This document shows, piece after piece, positions 8,877-18,281 of a stretch of 64,000 nucleotides of DNA (the stretch's first letter is position 1; the number at the start of each line of letters is the position of its first letter). Source of the stretch: an uncultured delta proteobacterium (GTDB lineage Bacteria > Desulfobacterota > Binatia > Binatales > Binataceae); contig CAWCDG010000004.1 in the NCBI GenBank assembly GCA_963794325.1, positions 384,001 to 448,000 of the forward strand, read 5' to 3'. Below the pieces are notes generated by a model that was not told the origin of the DNA, did no database searches, and was given only the letters and a program-made list of their open reading frames with translations. Made by a program: the position numbers and the translations under genes.

Positions 8877-9036
8877 CGCCACATCCTCCCCGCCTCGGTT
8901 ACACGCGCGTTAAGCCCACATCCGGATCCACCAGAACAAACGTCGCTTTTCGGCTGGCTGTGACACAATCTGGAGTCGCCAAGAGCGTGGTGGCCGTCAA
9001 TATGCGCGCCGCCCGTGAGGTCTGTCAAGCCCCGAC

Positions 9037-9084
9037 CCACTACAGGTAGTGTGTAACAAGCTGTGCACAACCTATATATTAGGT
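9037..9084. promoter_or_regulatory. Tandem NrdR boxes
   Basis: CCACTACAGGTAGTGT (9037-9052) and AACCTATATATTAGGT (9069-9084) resemble acaCwAtATaTwGtgt, spaced 32 bp, upstream of nrdJ. Confidence 0.8.
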
Positions 9085-9236
9085 TGTTGATAACTTTTGG
9101 TAAATATTCGCTCATATTAATAATTGTGACTGACCGACGGGGCGATATAAGTATAACTAATGAACAATCGCGCCTGATTTGTCATTGCGGCGGTCTCTGA
9201 CCATACACGCGGTATGCGTTCGAACGCGGCGGCGCT

Positions 9237-9698
9237 ATGGTGAGTCGCGCGATGCCAACTCGACGCCACAAGGCTCCCGAACAGATCGGCGCGGCGATGC
9301 AACCGCTCCTCGATCGGATCGATCGCGAAGGTCATTTCGCGATCGTGCGGCTGGCGAAAGCATGGCCGGAGATCGTCGGCGAAACGATCGCGCGCCGCAC
9401 CGAAATCGTCTCGCTGAAATTCCACACCGCGGTGGTAAAAGTTTCCGGTGCGATGTGGATACAAGAATTGAATCTGATGAAGTCGCAGATCCTCGCGCGC
9501 GTGACCGACCGAATCGGCGATGACGTAGTGCGCGAATTGCGCTTCGTGCGAGGAACGCTCAGTCGGCGCGAGCGGCCGAAATTGCGCACGGTGCCGCGCG
9601 CAACGCGAAAATCAATCGAGCTGCCGGAGCTGAAGGATCCCGAATTGCGGAAGGCATTCGAAAGTTTGATCGAGGCATGGGGTCGCGCTTCGCGCTGA
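9237..9698 (+). CDS. dciA: DUF721 / DciA family protein
   Basis: AWPEIVGETIARRT...VKVSGAMWIQELNLMKSQIL...VRELRF is the DUF721 signature. Confidence 0.8.
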   Translation: MVSRAMPTRRHKAPEQIGAAMQPLLDRIDREGHFAIVRLAKAWPEIVGETIARRTEIVSLKFHTAVVKVSGAMWIQELNLMKSQILARVTDRIGDDVVRELRFVRGTLSRRERPKLRTVPRATRKSIELPELKDPELRKAFESLIEAWGRASR

Positions 9699-9719
9699 AG
9701 GGGGAAGCCACTACATTTG

Positions 9720-9820
9720 ATGTGAAACCCTTCGCGGGTTTCACACTTCCGCGGCAGGGGTGACCCCTGCACCCAGTGAAAAGTATTATTCGCAAAATGG
9801 CGAGGACGCCATTTTGCTCT
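9720..9820 (+). repeat. Family-B multi-hairpin repeat, copy 1
   Basis: GTGAAACCC-TTCGC-GGGTTTCAC, GCAGGGG-TGA-CCCCTGC-ACCCAGT, GCAAAATGGCG-AGGA-CGCCATTTTGC. Confidence 0.9.
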
Positions 9821-9836
9821 AAGGTTCGTGATTTTG

Positions 9837-9911
9837 GTGGCACAGGCTTTAGCCTGTGATTTTCTGGTCCATGTATCCAAGGAAAGAAGCACAGGCTGAA
9901 GCCTGTGCCAC
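9837..9911. repeat. Family-C REP doublet (GTGGCACAGGCTTTAGCCTGTG), copy 1
   Basis: Two inverted GTGG-initiated palindromes separated by a spacer of about 30 nt. Confidence 0.88.
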
Positions 9912-9994
9912 GGTAAACGGAAACGGGCCGGGTTACGTCAAAATACTGTGAATCCGCTGGATTGCGGATTCGTACTATAGACGAGTGACCTGTC

Positions 9995-11665
9995 GTGGCT
10001 TTCGAAGTCTCCAAGCAGGATCGGATTTTACACGTTCTCAACCGGCTCGCGTTCGGGCCGCGGCCCGGCGATTTCGAGCATGTCAGCGCGATTGGGCCCG
10101 AGCGCTACGTGCAGGAACAGTTACATCCCGAATCAATTGCCATTCCGGGCGACCTGACTGACCGCGTCAACCAACTTCACACGCTGCGCATGGATCCGAT
10201 CGCGCTGTTCATCGAATATCAGCGGCCGATCAACCTGGCGCGCAAGGACGCCAAGGCTGAGGCCGGCGGCGACAAGAATGCAGTCGGCGACAAGAATGCA
10301 GTGAAGGACGCGACCAAGGATGCGCGAATCCAGCAGCGAATCGTGATGCGCGAGGCGGTCGAGGCGCGGATGATGCGCGCGATCGAAGGGCCGCGCCAGT
10401 TGCAGGAAGTGATGACCGCGTTCTGGTTCAATCACTTCAACGTTTTCGCCGGAAAGGGTCTCGACCTTATCTGGACGGGATCGTTCGAGGAGACCGCGAT
10501 TCGGCCGCATACGTTCGGCAAGTTCCGCACCCTGCTCGGCGCCACCGCGCATCATCCGGCGATGATGTTCTACCTCGACAACTGGCAGAACACCGCGCCC
10601 GGCAGCCCCGGATCGAAGGGCAAGTTCGAAGGTATCAACGAGAACTACGCGCGCGAGCTGATGGAGCTGCACACGCTCGGGGTCAACGGCGGCTACACGC
10701 AGGCCGATGTGATCGCGCTCGCGCATATTCTGACGGGATGGGGAATTCCGAAACCCGGCGGCGGCGGAGGCGGCAATCGAAGGCCTGGGCGCGACGAAAT
10801 GGCGGGGCTGTTTCCGTTGCGTCGAATGATGAAGCAGCGGCGGCAAAACTTCAGGCGCGAGGCGATCGATCCGAGCGGATTTTACTTCGACGCGGAGCGC
10901 CACGATTCTTCTGAAAAAACTTTTTTAGGACACCGCATCGAGGACGGCGGGATCGAGCAAGGCGAGCATGCGCTCGATATCCTCGCGCGCAGCCCCGCAA
11001 CGGCGAAGCATCTCAGTTTCAAGCTGGCGCAATACTTCGTCGCCGACGATCCACCGAAAGCACTCGTCGAGCGAATGGCGCAGCGATATCTCGCGACCGA
11101 CGGCGAGACTCGCGCGGTGCTCGAGACGATGTTCACCAGCGCGGAATTCTGGGACTCGCGAAACTTCGGCAGTAAGTTCAAGACGCCGTACGAGTACGTT
11201 ATCTCGTGCGCGCGCGCGACCGGCGTGCCGATCCGCAACTACCGGCCGCTGTACGGCACCATGCAGATTCTCGGCATGCCGCTGTACGCATGCCAGACGC
11301 CCAACGGCTATGGCAGCACGCAGGATGCGTGGCTGAATCCCGACGCGATGATGACGCGGCTCAGCTTCGCGACCGCACTCGGCTCCGGAAATCTGCCGCT
11401 GGAAAATCCGCCGTTCGAAGAAGACGCGGATGGCGGCGCATCGCGTCCCGAGCCGCCGGCAGTGCCGCGCAAAAGCGGCGGCAAAGTGAATATCAAGTTC
11501 GATCCCGGTCCGCACGGGCCCAAGATGACGCCGCCCGATCCCGCGCAGCTCGCGGCCACGCTCGGCGATTATTTTTCACCGGCGACCGCCAACGCCGTCG
11601 AGGCGGCGCCGACCAACCTTCGCGCGCCTCTGATACTCGGCAGTCCCGAATTCATGAAGCGCTGA
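9995..11665 (+). CDS. DUF1800 domain protein
   Basis: HVLNRLAFGPRPG, LQEVMTAFWFNHFNV, YLDN, NENYARELMELHTLG, KTPYEYV, SPEFMKR motifs. Confidence 0.95.
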   Translation: MAFEVSKQDRILHVLNRLAFGPRPGDFEHVSAIGPERYVQEQLHPESIAIPGDLTDRVNQLHTLRMDPIALFIEYQRPINLARKDAKAEAGGDKNAVGDKNAVKDATKDARIQQRIVMREAVEARMMRAIEGPRQLQEVMTAFWFNHFNVFAGKGLDLIWTGSFEETAIRPHTFGKFRTLLGATAHHPAMMFYLDNWQNTAPGSPGSKGKFEGINENYARELMELHTLGVNGGYTQADVIALAHILTGWGIPKPGGGGGGNRRPGRDEMAGLFPLRRMMKQRRQNFRREAIDPSGFYFDAERHDSSEKTFLGHRIEDGGIEQGEHALDILARSPATAKHLSFKLAQYFVADDPPKALVERMAQRYLATDGETRAVLETMFTSAEFWDSRNFGSKFKTPYEYVISCARATGVPIRNYRPLYGTMQILGMPLYACQTPNGYGSTQDAWLNPDAMMTRLSFATALGSGNLPLENPPFEEDADGGASRPEPPAVPRKSGGKVNIKFDPGPHGPKMTPPDPAQLAATLGDYFSPATANAVEAAPTNLRAPLILGSPEFMKR

Positions 11666-11674
11666 GAGTTTACG

Positions 11675-12979
11675 ATGAAGATTTTCCCTTTTCAGGAAAG
11701 TGATTCGTGCATCCAGTGTGCTTCCCGCGTTGTGACCCCGCTGAGCCGGCGCGCTTTTCTGCGCCGCGCGGCGATTCTGTCGGCGTCGGGAATCGTGCTG
11801 CTGAGTCCGCATGCGTGGGCGGCGCGCTCGCTCGATAGCGATAGCAAGCGCCGCCTGATCGTGGTGTTCCTGCGCGGTGCGGTTGACGGGCTTAACGTGA
11901 TCGTGCCGCATGGCGAGCCGGCCTATTACGACGCGCGCCCGACTATCGCGATCGGACGCAGCGGCGCCAACGACGGGGTCATCGATCTCGACGGGCATTT
12001 CGGATTGCATCCGGCGCTCGCGCCGATGGAAAGCCAGTGGCGCGACGGCACGCTCGCGTTTGTGCATGCGTGCGGATCGCCCGATCCGACGCGGTCGCAT
12101 TTCGACGCGCAGGATTTCATGGAGAGCGGCACCCCGGGCGTCCGGACGACACAGGACGGATGGCTGAATCGCGCGCTGGCCGCGATTCCGGGGGCACATT
12201 CGCCAACCGAGGCGTTGAGCCTGGGGCCGACGGTGCCGCGAATTTTGAGCGGCGCGATTCCGGTCGCCAATATCGCGCTGGGGCGCGCTGCCGAGAGACC
12301 GATGCCGATGGACCGGCCGGTGATCGAAGCGGCGTTCGACAAAATGTACGTCGGCAACGATTCGATCAGCCGCGCGTATCGCGACGGACGGCAGGCACGG
12401 ATGCGGCTGGTGAGCGAACTGACGCAGGATATGACCGAGGCCAATGCCGGCGCGCCGTCGCCGCAAGGATTCTCCGACGACACCGACCGTCTCGCGCGCC
12501 TGATAGGCCGCGATCCCACGATTCGCGTCGCGTTCATGGCGCTCGGCGGCTGGGATACGCACGTCAACGAAGGCGCTGCCAACGGCCAGCTCGCGGGACA
12601 TCTGAAACCTCTGGGCGAAGGTCTCGCGAGCCTCGCCCAACAGCTCGGACCAAACTACCAGGACACCGTCATCCTGGTGATTTCGGAGTTTGGCCGCACG
12701 ATGCATGAGAACGGCAACGGCGGCACCGATCACGGTCACGGCAACGTGATGTGGGTGATGGGCGGTCCGGTGAAGGGCAAAAAAGTTTACGGCCGGTGGC
12801 CGGGCCTTTCGACCGCGAGCCTCTACCAGGAGCGCGACCTGGCGGTGACGACTGACTTCCGCGATCCGATCGCAACGGTGCTGCGATCGCACATGCAGTT
12901 CACCGACGCGCAAATCGATCGAGTATTCCCGCGACGCCCGCGCTCGAGCGGCAACGTCGATGGATTGATCAAGGTATGA
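11675..12979 (+). CDS. DUF1501 domain protein (Tat signal)
   Basis: SRRAFL Tat motif, VVFLRGAVDGL, RSHFDAQ, GGWDTH, SEFGRT..NGNGGTDHGHG. Confidence 0.95.
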   Translation: MKIFPFQESDSCIQCASRVVTPLSRRAFLRRAAILSASGIVLLSPHAWAARSLDSDSKRRLIVVFLRGAVDGLNVIVPHGEPAYYDARPTIAIGRSGANDGVIDLDGHFGLHPALAPMESQWRDGTLAFVHACGSPDPTRSHFDAQDFMESGTPGVRTTQDGWLNRALAAIPGAHSPTEALSLGPTVPRILSGAIPVANIALGRAAERPMPMDRPVIEAAFDKMYVGNDSISRAYRDGRQARMRLVSELTQDMTEANAGAPSPQGFSDDTDRLARLIGRDPTIRVAFMALGGWDTHVNEGAANGQLAGHLKPLGEGLASLAQQLGPNYQDTVILVISEFGRTMHENGNGGTDHGHGNVMWVMGGPVKGKKVYGRWPGLSTASLYQERDLAVTTDFRDPIATVLRSHMQFTDAQIDRVFPRRPRSSGNVDGLIKV

Positions 12980-13094
12980 ATCAGGGCATCAATTGCGGCG
13001 CGTCCTGATTGCGTGCTGTCATTGCCTTTCGATGTATTGATCTGATGGTAGAGGATTGTTTTCAGCGCCTATTGCAAGATAGCTCTGGAAAACC

Positions 13095-13820
13095 ATGAAC
13101 CTCTTCTTACGATCATTTCTTATTTTTCTTGTCGCATCACTGCCTTCAGTTCGAACCGCCGGCGCGGCCGATCGATGGCGTATTCTTGGCGTGCCTCTCG
13201 ACATGCCGGAAAGCGATGACCAGGCGCTCGACGGTCAGTACCTCGAGGGAATCTACCAGGGCGACTATGGCGAAAAGATGCTGCACGACTACGGCGGTTA
13301 TATCGGTGGCCACGTAAAAGACAGCCTGCTGCTCCAGCTGCCCTACTACCACATGAACAGCACTGCGAAGGACGGCAAGCAGCTCGAACTCTGGTTCTCC
13401 AGCAAAGATGACGGGCGCAAGACTTTCGGGGTCGAGATGCACGAATCGCTGCGCGACAACGCCGGCCGGAGCGAGGCACCGTCAAAGGCGATCGGTGAGG
13501 CCCAGGCGGCGTTCGGCAAACCTGATCGCGTGATAACTTCGCCCGACGCGCCCAGCGTGACGATTCTGATGTTCGTCGATGCTGACCTGCCCAAGGACAG
13601 GCGTGACGCGATCGTCGCGCACTTGCCGAATTCGCAGCAGATGCCGAAGGACGACGCCGCCAACTTCAACAGTATCGATCTGCGCGAGCGCGCCCGCGTT
13701 CTCGGCGCGGATTTTCGCGGAGCGATCGTGACTATCTACAGTTTCAAAGACCAGGTCACAGGAATCGACGCAGAACTGCTCGATCTGCAGCGCGCGCGCA
13801 CAGTGTTTAATCTGGACTGA
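13095..13820 (+). CDS. Hypothetical secreted protein
   Basis: 241-aa ORF with an N-terminal signal-like segment and coding-like codon usage. Confidence 0.65.
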   Translation: MNLFLRSFLIFLVASLPSVRTAGAADRWRILGVPLDMPESDDQALDGQYLEGIYQGDYGEKMLHDYGGYIGGHVKDSLLLQLPYYHMNSTAKDGKQLELWFSSKDDGRKTFGVEMHESLRDNAGRSEAPSKAIGEAQAAFGKPDRVITSPDAPSVTILMFVDADLPKDRRDAIVAHLPNSQQMPKDDAANFNSIDLRERARVLGADFRGAIVTIYSFKDQVTGIDAELLDLQRARTVFNLD

Positions 13821-13832
13821 AATGAGGCATTG

Positions 13833-13908
13833 GTGGCACAGGCTTTAGCCTGTGATTTTCTGGTCCATGCGAATCCAGCGAAGAATCACAGGCTAAAGCC
13901 TGTGCCAC
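13833..13908. repeat. Family-C REP doublet, copy 2
   Basis: Near-identical to 9837-9911, including the spacer ATTTTCTGGTCCATG, in the same orientation. Confidence 0.88.
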
Positions 13909-13913
13909 CAAAT

Positions 13914-13971
13914 ACTGGGTGAAGGGGTCACCCCTGCCGCGGAAGCGTGAAACCCACCGCGGGTTTCACAT
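13914..13971 (-). repeat. Family-B repeat, copy 2 (inverted)
   Basis: ACTGGGTGAAGGGGTCACCCCTGCCGCGGAAGCGTGAAACCCACCGCGGGTTTCACAT. Confidence 0.9.
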
Positions 13972-14035
13972 TTGATAGAGTGATTTACCCTTCCCCGTTT
14001 GCGCTCAGCGCTCTCACTCGCGAATAATCGCGGGC

Positions 14036-15673
14036 ATGGAATATGACGTAATTGTCCGCAATGGCGTCGTGGTCGATGGCAGCGGTGCGCCGCGCTTTCG
14101 CGCCGACGTGGCGATCAAGGATCGCAAGATTGCTGCGCTCATCGATCCCGCTGATGCCGCGAGTGCTTCCGCCGCGCGTGAGATCGATGCGACCGGGCTC
14201 GCAGTGGCGCCGGGCTTTATCGATTTGCATTCGCATTCCGACTGGGTTCTGCCGATTGCCGATCACGGGCAGATCCTGAAGCCGTTTCTGCTCCAAGGCG
14301 TGACGACCTTCGTCGGCGGCAATTGCGGATTCTCGGTGGCGCCGGTGATGCGCGAGCGGCAGCGGATGCTCGACGAGTCCGGGCGGCTGTGCTCCGAGCG
14401 GAAGTTCGACTGGCAATGGGACGACGTCGCAGGCTTCGCAGCGCATCTGAAGCGCCAGGGACTCGCGCTCAACGTCGCGCATCTGGCGGGACACGGCAGT
14501 ATTCGCCTCAGCGTGATGGGCGCGGACGCGGGCGAGCCGTCTGTCGAGCAGTTGCGCGCGATGCAAGCGATGGTCGAGCGCGCGATGGCCGACGGCGCGG
14601 TCGGGCTTTCGTGCGGGCTCGGATATTTTCCCGGGATGATCGCGAAGCCGGCAGAGCTGGCGGCGCTGGCGCGAGTGGCTACGGCGGCAAACGGCGTACT
14701 GACTTCGCATCTGCGCGCATACTCGGAGCGCTCACTATTCTTTGATAGCCGGACTCCGCACAACATCCTGGCGGTGCGCGAGATGGCGACCGTCGCGCGC
14801 GAGGCCGGCGTCCCGCTGCAAGTCTCGCATCTGATTTTCGTCGGCCGCCGCACGTGGAAGACGGTTGACGACACGATCGCCGAAGTCGAGCGTCACAAGA
14901 GCGACGGCGTCGATATCGCGTTCGACACTTTCCCCTATACCTGTGGCAACACGACGATTCGCGTGATTTTTCCAGCGTGGGCGCAGACCGGCCTCGAAGG
15001 TTTGCTCGATTCGTCAGACGGATGGGCGAAGTTGCGCGACGGATTCCAGCCGCTCAAATCGTTTATCGCCGACTCGGTGCAGCTCATGTGGGCAGTCAAA
15101 CCCGAACTCAGTCATCTCGAGGGCAAGTTCTTCGGCGAGATCGCGGACGAGCTCAAACTCGATCCGGTCGATGCGTACCTGACGATCACACGCGAGAGTG
15201 GAACCCGCGCGCGCGTGCTGAACCATCTGTATAGCGGCGACGACTTCGGCGACGAGCACGCGCTGCAGGAAGCGATGAAGCATCCGCTGAACCTGTTCGA
15301 GATGGACACGATTCTCACTTCGCACGGCCATCACAATCCCGCGAGCTTCGGCACTTACCCGCGAATCCTCGGGCATTACGTGCGCGAGATGAAACTGCTG
15401 ACGCTCGAAGACGCGGTGCATAAAGCGACAGGGATGGCGGCGAAGCGGATGCGCCTCGGCGCGCACGGCCTCGTGCGCCCGGGCTACGCGGCCGACCTCG
15501 TGATCTTCAATCCCGAAACAATCGGATGCGCCGCCGATTCGAGAACCCCGACGTTAGCGCCGATTGGAATCGAGCACGTGATGGTGAATGGAACCGCTGT
15601 GGTAGCAGGCGGTAAGTGGTGCGGTGACGGGGTGATGGCGGGGGAGTGGATTGGGAGGGAACCTAACCCCTAA
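14036..15673 (+). CDS. N-acyl-D-amino-acid deacylase (amidohydrolase)
   Basis: IVRNGVVVDGSG, VAPGFIDLHSHSD, QGVTTFVGGNCGFS, FGTYPRILGHYVRE, GYAADLVIF. Confidence 0.92.
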   Translation: MEYDVIVRNGVVVDGSGAPRFRADVAIKDRKIAALIDPADAASASAAREIDATGLAVAPGFIDLHSHSDWVLPIADHGQILKPFLLQGVTTFVGGNCGFSVAPVMRERQRMLDESGRLCSERKFDWQWDDVAGFAAHLKRQGLALNVAHLAGHGSIRLSVMGADAGEPSVEQLRAMQAMVERAMADGAVGLSCGLGYFPGMIAKPAELAALARVATAANGVLTSHLRAYSERSLFFDSRTPHNILAVREMATVAREAGVPLQVSHLIFVGRRTWKTVDDTIAEVERHKSDGVDIAFDTFPYTCGNTTIRVIFPAWAQTGLEGLLDSSDGWAKLRDGFQPLKSFIADSVQLMWAVKPELSHLEGKFFGEIADELKLDPVDAYLTITRESGTRARVLNHLYSGDDFGDEHALQEAMKHPLNLFEMDTILTSHGHHNPASFGTYPRILGHYVREMKLLTLEDAVHKATGMAAKRMRLGAHGLVRPGYAADLVIFNPETIGCAADSRTPTLAPIGIEHVMVNGTAVVAGGKWCGDGVMAGEWIGREPNP

Positions 15674-15739
15674 CCCCTTCCCGAGCGGGAAGGGGAACCG
15701 GAAATGTGGTGGCCCTTCCCGCGCGGGAAAGGGGGACCG
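15661..15739. repeat. Family-A palindromic repeat (tandem)
   Basis: ACCTAACCCCTAACCCCTTCCC-GAGC-GGGAAGGGGAAC plus a second partial copy, between convergent genes. Confidence 0.8.
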
Positions 15740-15758
15740 GTCTTAGTAGAGAGTGCGT

Positions 15759-16553
15759 CTAGCGCTCCTGGTCCTCCATCTTTTTGTCCATCTCGCGCAG
15801 CTTGGCGAGTTTCTGATCGGTCGGCTCGATCGCTTTGGTTGAAGCTTCGGCGACCGTCTTGGTGCGCTCAGTTGGCAGCTCGCCGCTGACCTTCTCCAGC
15901 GCTTCCTTCGCCAGCCGCCGGACCATCGGGCTCTGATCCTGCGCAACCACCGCGTTCAGCAGCGGAGTCGCCTTGTCGCTGCCGATTTCGCCGAGCGCAA
16001 AGACCGCAGTGCCGCGCCCGCGCTCATCCTGATCTTCCCCAAGATACTGCATCACAGGCAGCGTGCCCTGCGCATCGCCAATCCGGCCCAGACCCGCCAC
16101 CAGATGCAGTTTGACGATGGGTTCGGTGGAACGCAGGAACAGCATCGTCGACATCGGCGTCACTGCGTCATTGGCTCCGCGCGCGCCCAGAATGTCGATG
16201 GCCTTTATCTTAACGCGCACGTCGGGATCGGACATCGAGGTGATGAGTATCTGGTTAACTTCGGGGTCCTGGAGAAAGCGGAGTTTCTCGAGTTCGGATA
16301 CCCGAACGGCAGGGTCGGCGTCCTTGAGCCCGAGCTTCACGTCTTTGATGATTTTGAACGGCGTTTCCGTGGACGCGCGGCTCGCCAGGTCATCGATACC
16401 GGCCTTCGTGTCGCTCTGATGCGACAGCGGATTGGAGCTGAGCGCGCTGCCGATTCCCTGGCCGCCATATTGCGCCTGCGCCAACGCGAGGTGCGGAACG
16501 GCCAGCGCAGCGCCGAGCGCGAAGGTTGCAAACAATTTTCGGGTGATACTCAT
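15759..16553 (-). CDS. HEAT-repeat secreted protein
   Basis: Signal peptide plus repeated DPDVRVKIKAIDILG / ERGRGTAVFALGEIG units. Confidence 0.85.
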   Translation of the reverse strand: MSITRKLFATFALGAALAVPHLALAQAQYGGQGIGSALSSNPLSHQSDTKAGIDDLASRASTETPFKIIKDVKLGLKDADPAVRVSELEKLRFLQDPEVNQILITSMSDPDVRVKIKAIDILGARGANDAVTPMSTMLFLRSTEPIVKLHLVAGLGRIGDAQGTLPVMQYLGEDQDERGRGTAVFALGEIGSDKATPLLNAVVAQDQSPMVRRLAKEALEKVSGELPTERTKTVAEASTKAIEPTDQKLAKLREMDKKMEDQER

Positions 16554-16592
16554 TTCCCCCACCTCCGGAATCGGCCAAAATTATTGGTGATC

Positions 16593-17573
16593 ATGCACGA
16601 CATTGCAAGGAAGCGCGGTCCACGGGCGAGGAAGGGGCACGTGCGCTGGGATGTGCTCGCGAGCGCCGCAATCGCGGCGTTCATACTCGTTATGAGCGCG
16701 GTAGCGTCACCAATGCTCGCATCGGGCGCCCCGGATTCGAGCGCGTCGCCCGAGCCCGCGCCGGCCCACAAGCACAAGCATCGACATTTGCCGACGCCCG
16801 CGCCGACTCCGATGGCGCTGCCGCCCGAGATCAAAGCGAAGGTGCCGGCGTACACGCCGGGTCGGATTCCGTTTCATGACGGCGAGCAGTTGGTCTATCA
16901 GGCGTCGTGGGTCGGTATTCCGGCCGCGCAGGCGCGTCTCGAATTTCATCAGGAGCAAAAGAACGATCGGCCGAGGTGGCTGGGCGAAATCTGGATCGAG
17001 ACCAATCCATTTGCCGATCTATTTTACAAGATGCGCGACTACATGAAAGAAAGCATGGCCGCCGACACGCTCCACACCAGCGGCGTTTACCTGGTCCAGC
17101 ACGAAAAATCGCGGCTCAACTATTATGACGTGGCGATCGATCGGCCCGCGCAGAGAGTCACGATGACCAAAAAAAACCACAAGGGCACGCAGAGCAAGGA
17201 ATACATCGCGTCGGACCCGTGGGGCCCAATCTCGGGCGCAATGATGGCGCTGACGCAGAATTTCGCGCCGGGCAAAACTTATGCGTTCGACGTGTTCAGC
17301 GGGAGCCAGCGTTACGTCTTCGCGTTCGTGGTCGATAAGCGCGAGAAGATTCATCTCGATATGGGCGACTTCGACGCGTGGAAAGTCGTGCCCGACGTCT
17401 GGTACGTCAGCGACGGGGAGCTGCGCAGCGAGGCGCGGAATACCGTGCTGTGGATCTCCGCCGACCAGCGCCATCTGCCGCTAAGAATTCAGGCGCAGGC
17501 ATACATTGGCTATGTGCGCGCGGACCTGATCCAGGTCGATGGCAAGGGCGTCGTCGAGAGTGCGCAGAAATGA
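16593..17573 (+). CDS. DUF3108-like exported protein
   Basis: PFHDGEQLVYQASWVGIPAAQARL...LWISADQRHLPLRIQA pattern. Start inferred at ATG 16593. Confidence 0.75.
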   Translation: MHDIARKRGPRARKGHVRWDVLASAAIAAFILVMSAVASPMLASGAPDSSASPEPAPAHKHKHRHLPTPAPTPMALPPEIKAKVPAYTPGRIPFHDGEQLVYQASWVGIPAAQARLEFHQEQKNDRPRWLGEIWIETNPFADLFYKMRDYMKESMAADTLHTSGVYLVQHEKSRLNYYDVAIDRPAQRVTMTKKNHKGTQSKEYIASDPWGPISGAMMALTQNFAPGKTYAFDVFSGSQRYVFAFVVDKREKIHLDMGDFDAWKVVPDVWYVSDGELRSEARNTVLWISADQRHLPLRIQAQAYIGYVRADLIQVDGKGVVESAQK

Positions 17574-17622
17574 TGTCCGGCGCGCTCGACTGAGCTACTA
17601 TACAAAACAAGGGGATCAGACG

Positions 17623-18264
17623 ATGCCGAAAAAGCTCGAATTCTTTTACGACTGCTCCAGCCCGTGGACCTACCTCGCCTTTACGAAGATCGAGGACCTC
17701 GCGCACCGCCACGATGCGGACCTGATCTGGCGGCCCATCCTGGTCGGCGGACTGTTCAACACGGTCAATCCTTCGGTGTACGAGAGCCGCGCGAAACCGG
17801 TTCCGGTCAAGGCGAAATATTACGTCAAGGATCTGCGCGACTGGGCGAAATTTTACGGCATCAAGATAGGCAACCCTACCGTGTTCCCGGTCAATTCGGT
17901 CAAGGCGATGCGTGGGGCGCTGGTCGCCGTCGAGCATCGCGTGATCTCGCGCTACTCGAAGCGGGTGTTCGAGAGCTACTGGACCGACGACAATGACATC
18001 AGCCAGGACGATGTCTTGCGCGAAATCGTGAAGGAGGTTGGCCTCGACGAGAAAGAATTTTTCACGAAGATCGCGTCGGATGAGTACAAGGCCAGGCTGC
18101 GCGCGAACGTCGAGGAGCTGATCGCGCGCGGCGGTTTCGGATCGCCGACGATGTTCGTCGAGGGCTCGATGTTTTTCGGCAACGACCGGCTGCCACTGGT
18201 CGAGCACGAACTGGCGACCGGAGTCGGCGGCGCCCTCGACCAGGGATCAGGCGGCTCAACCTAG
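17623..18264 (+). CDS. 2-hydroxychromene-2-carboxylate isomerase / DsbA-kappa GST family
   Basis: LEFFYDCSSPWTYLA, WRPILVGG, RGGFGSPTMFV..MFFGNDRL. Confidence 0.92.
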   Translation: MPKKLEFFYDCSSPWTYLAFTKIEDLAHRHDADLIWRPILVGGLFNTVNPSVYESRAKPVPVKAKYYVKDLRDWAKFYGIKIGNPTVFPVNSVKAMRGALVAVEHRVISRYSKRVFESYWTDDNDISQDDVLREIVKEVGLDEKEFFTKIASDEYKARLRANVEELIARGGFGSPTMFVEGSMFFGNDRLPLVEHELATGVGGALDQGSGGST

Positions 18265-18281
18265 TTTCCAATCGGGATACG

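Noticed and set aside
7329-8963. Long antisense ORFs (for example 7329-8963, 18931-19929, 35849-37036, 53508-54716)
   Set aside because: Shadow ORFs opposite well-conserved genes, expected from high-GC codon bias.
10264-10302. Short tandem duplication GGCGACAAGAATGCAGT in DUF1800
   Set aside because: In-frame 18-nt duplication in a variable linker; unremarkable.
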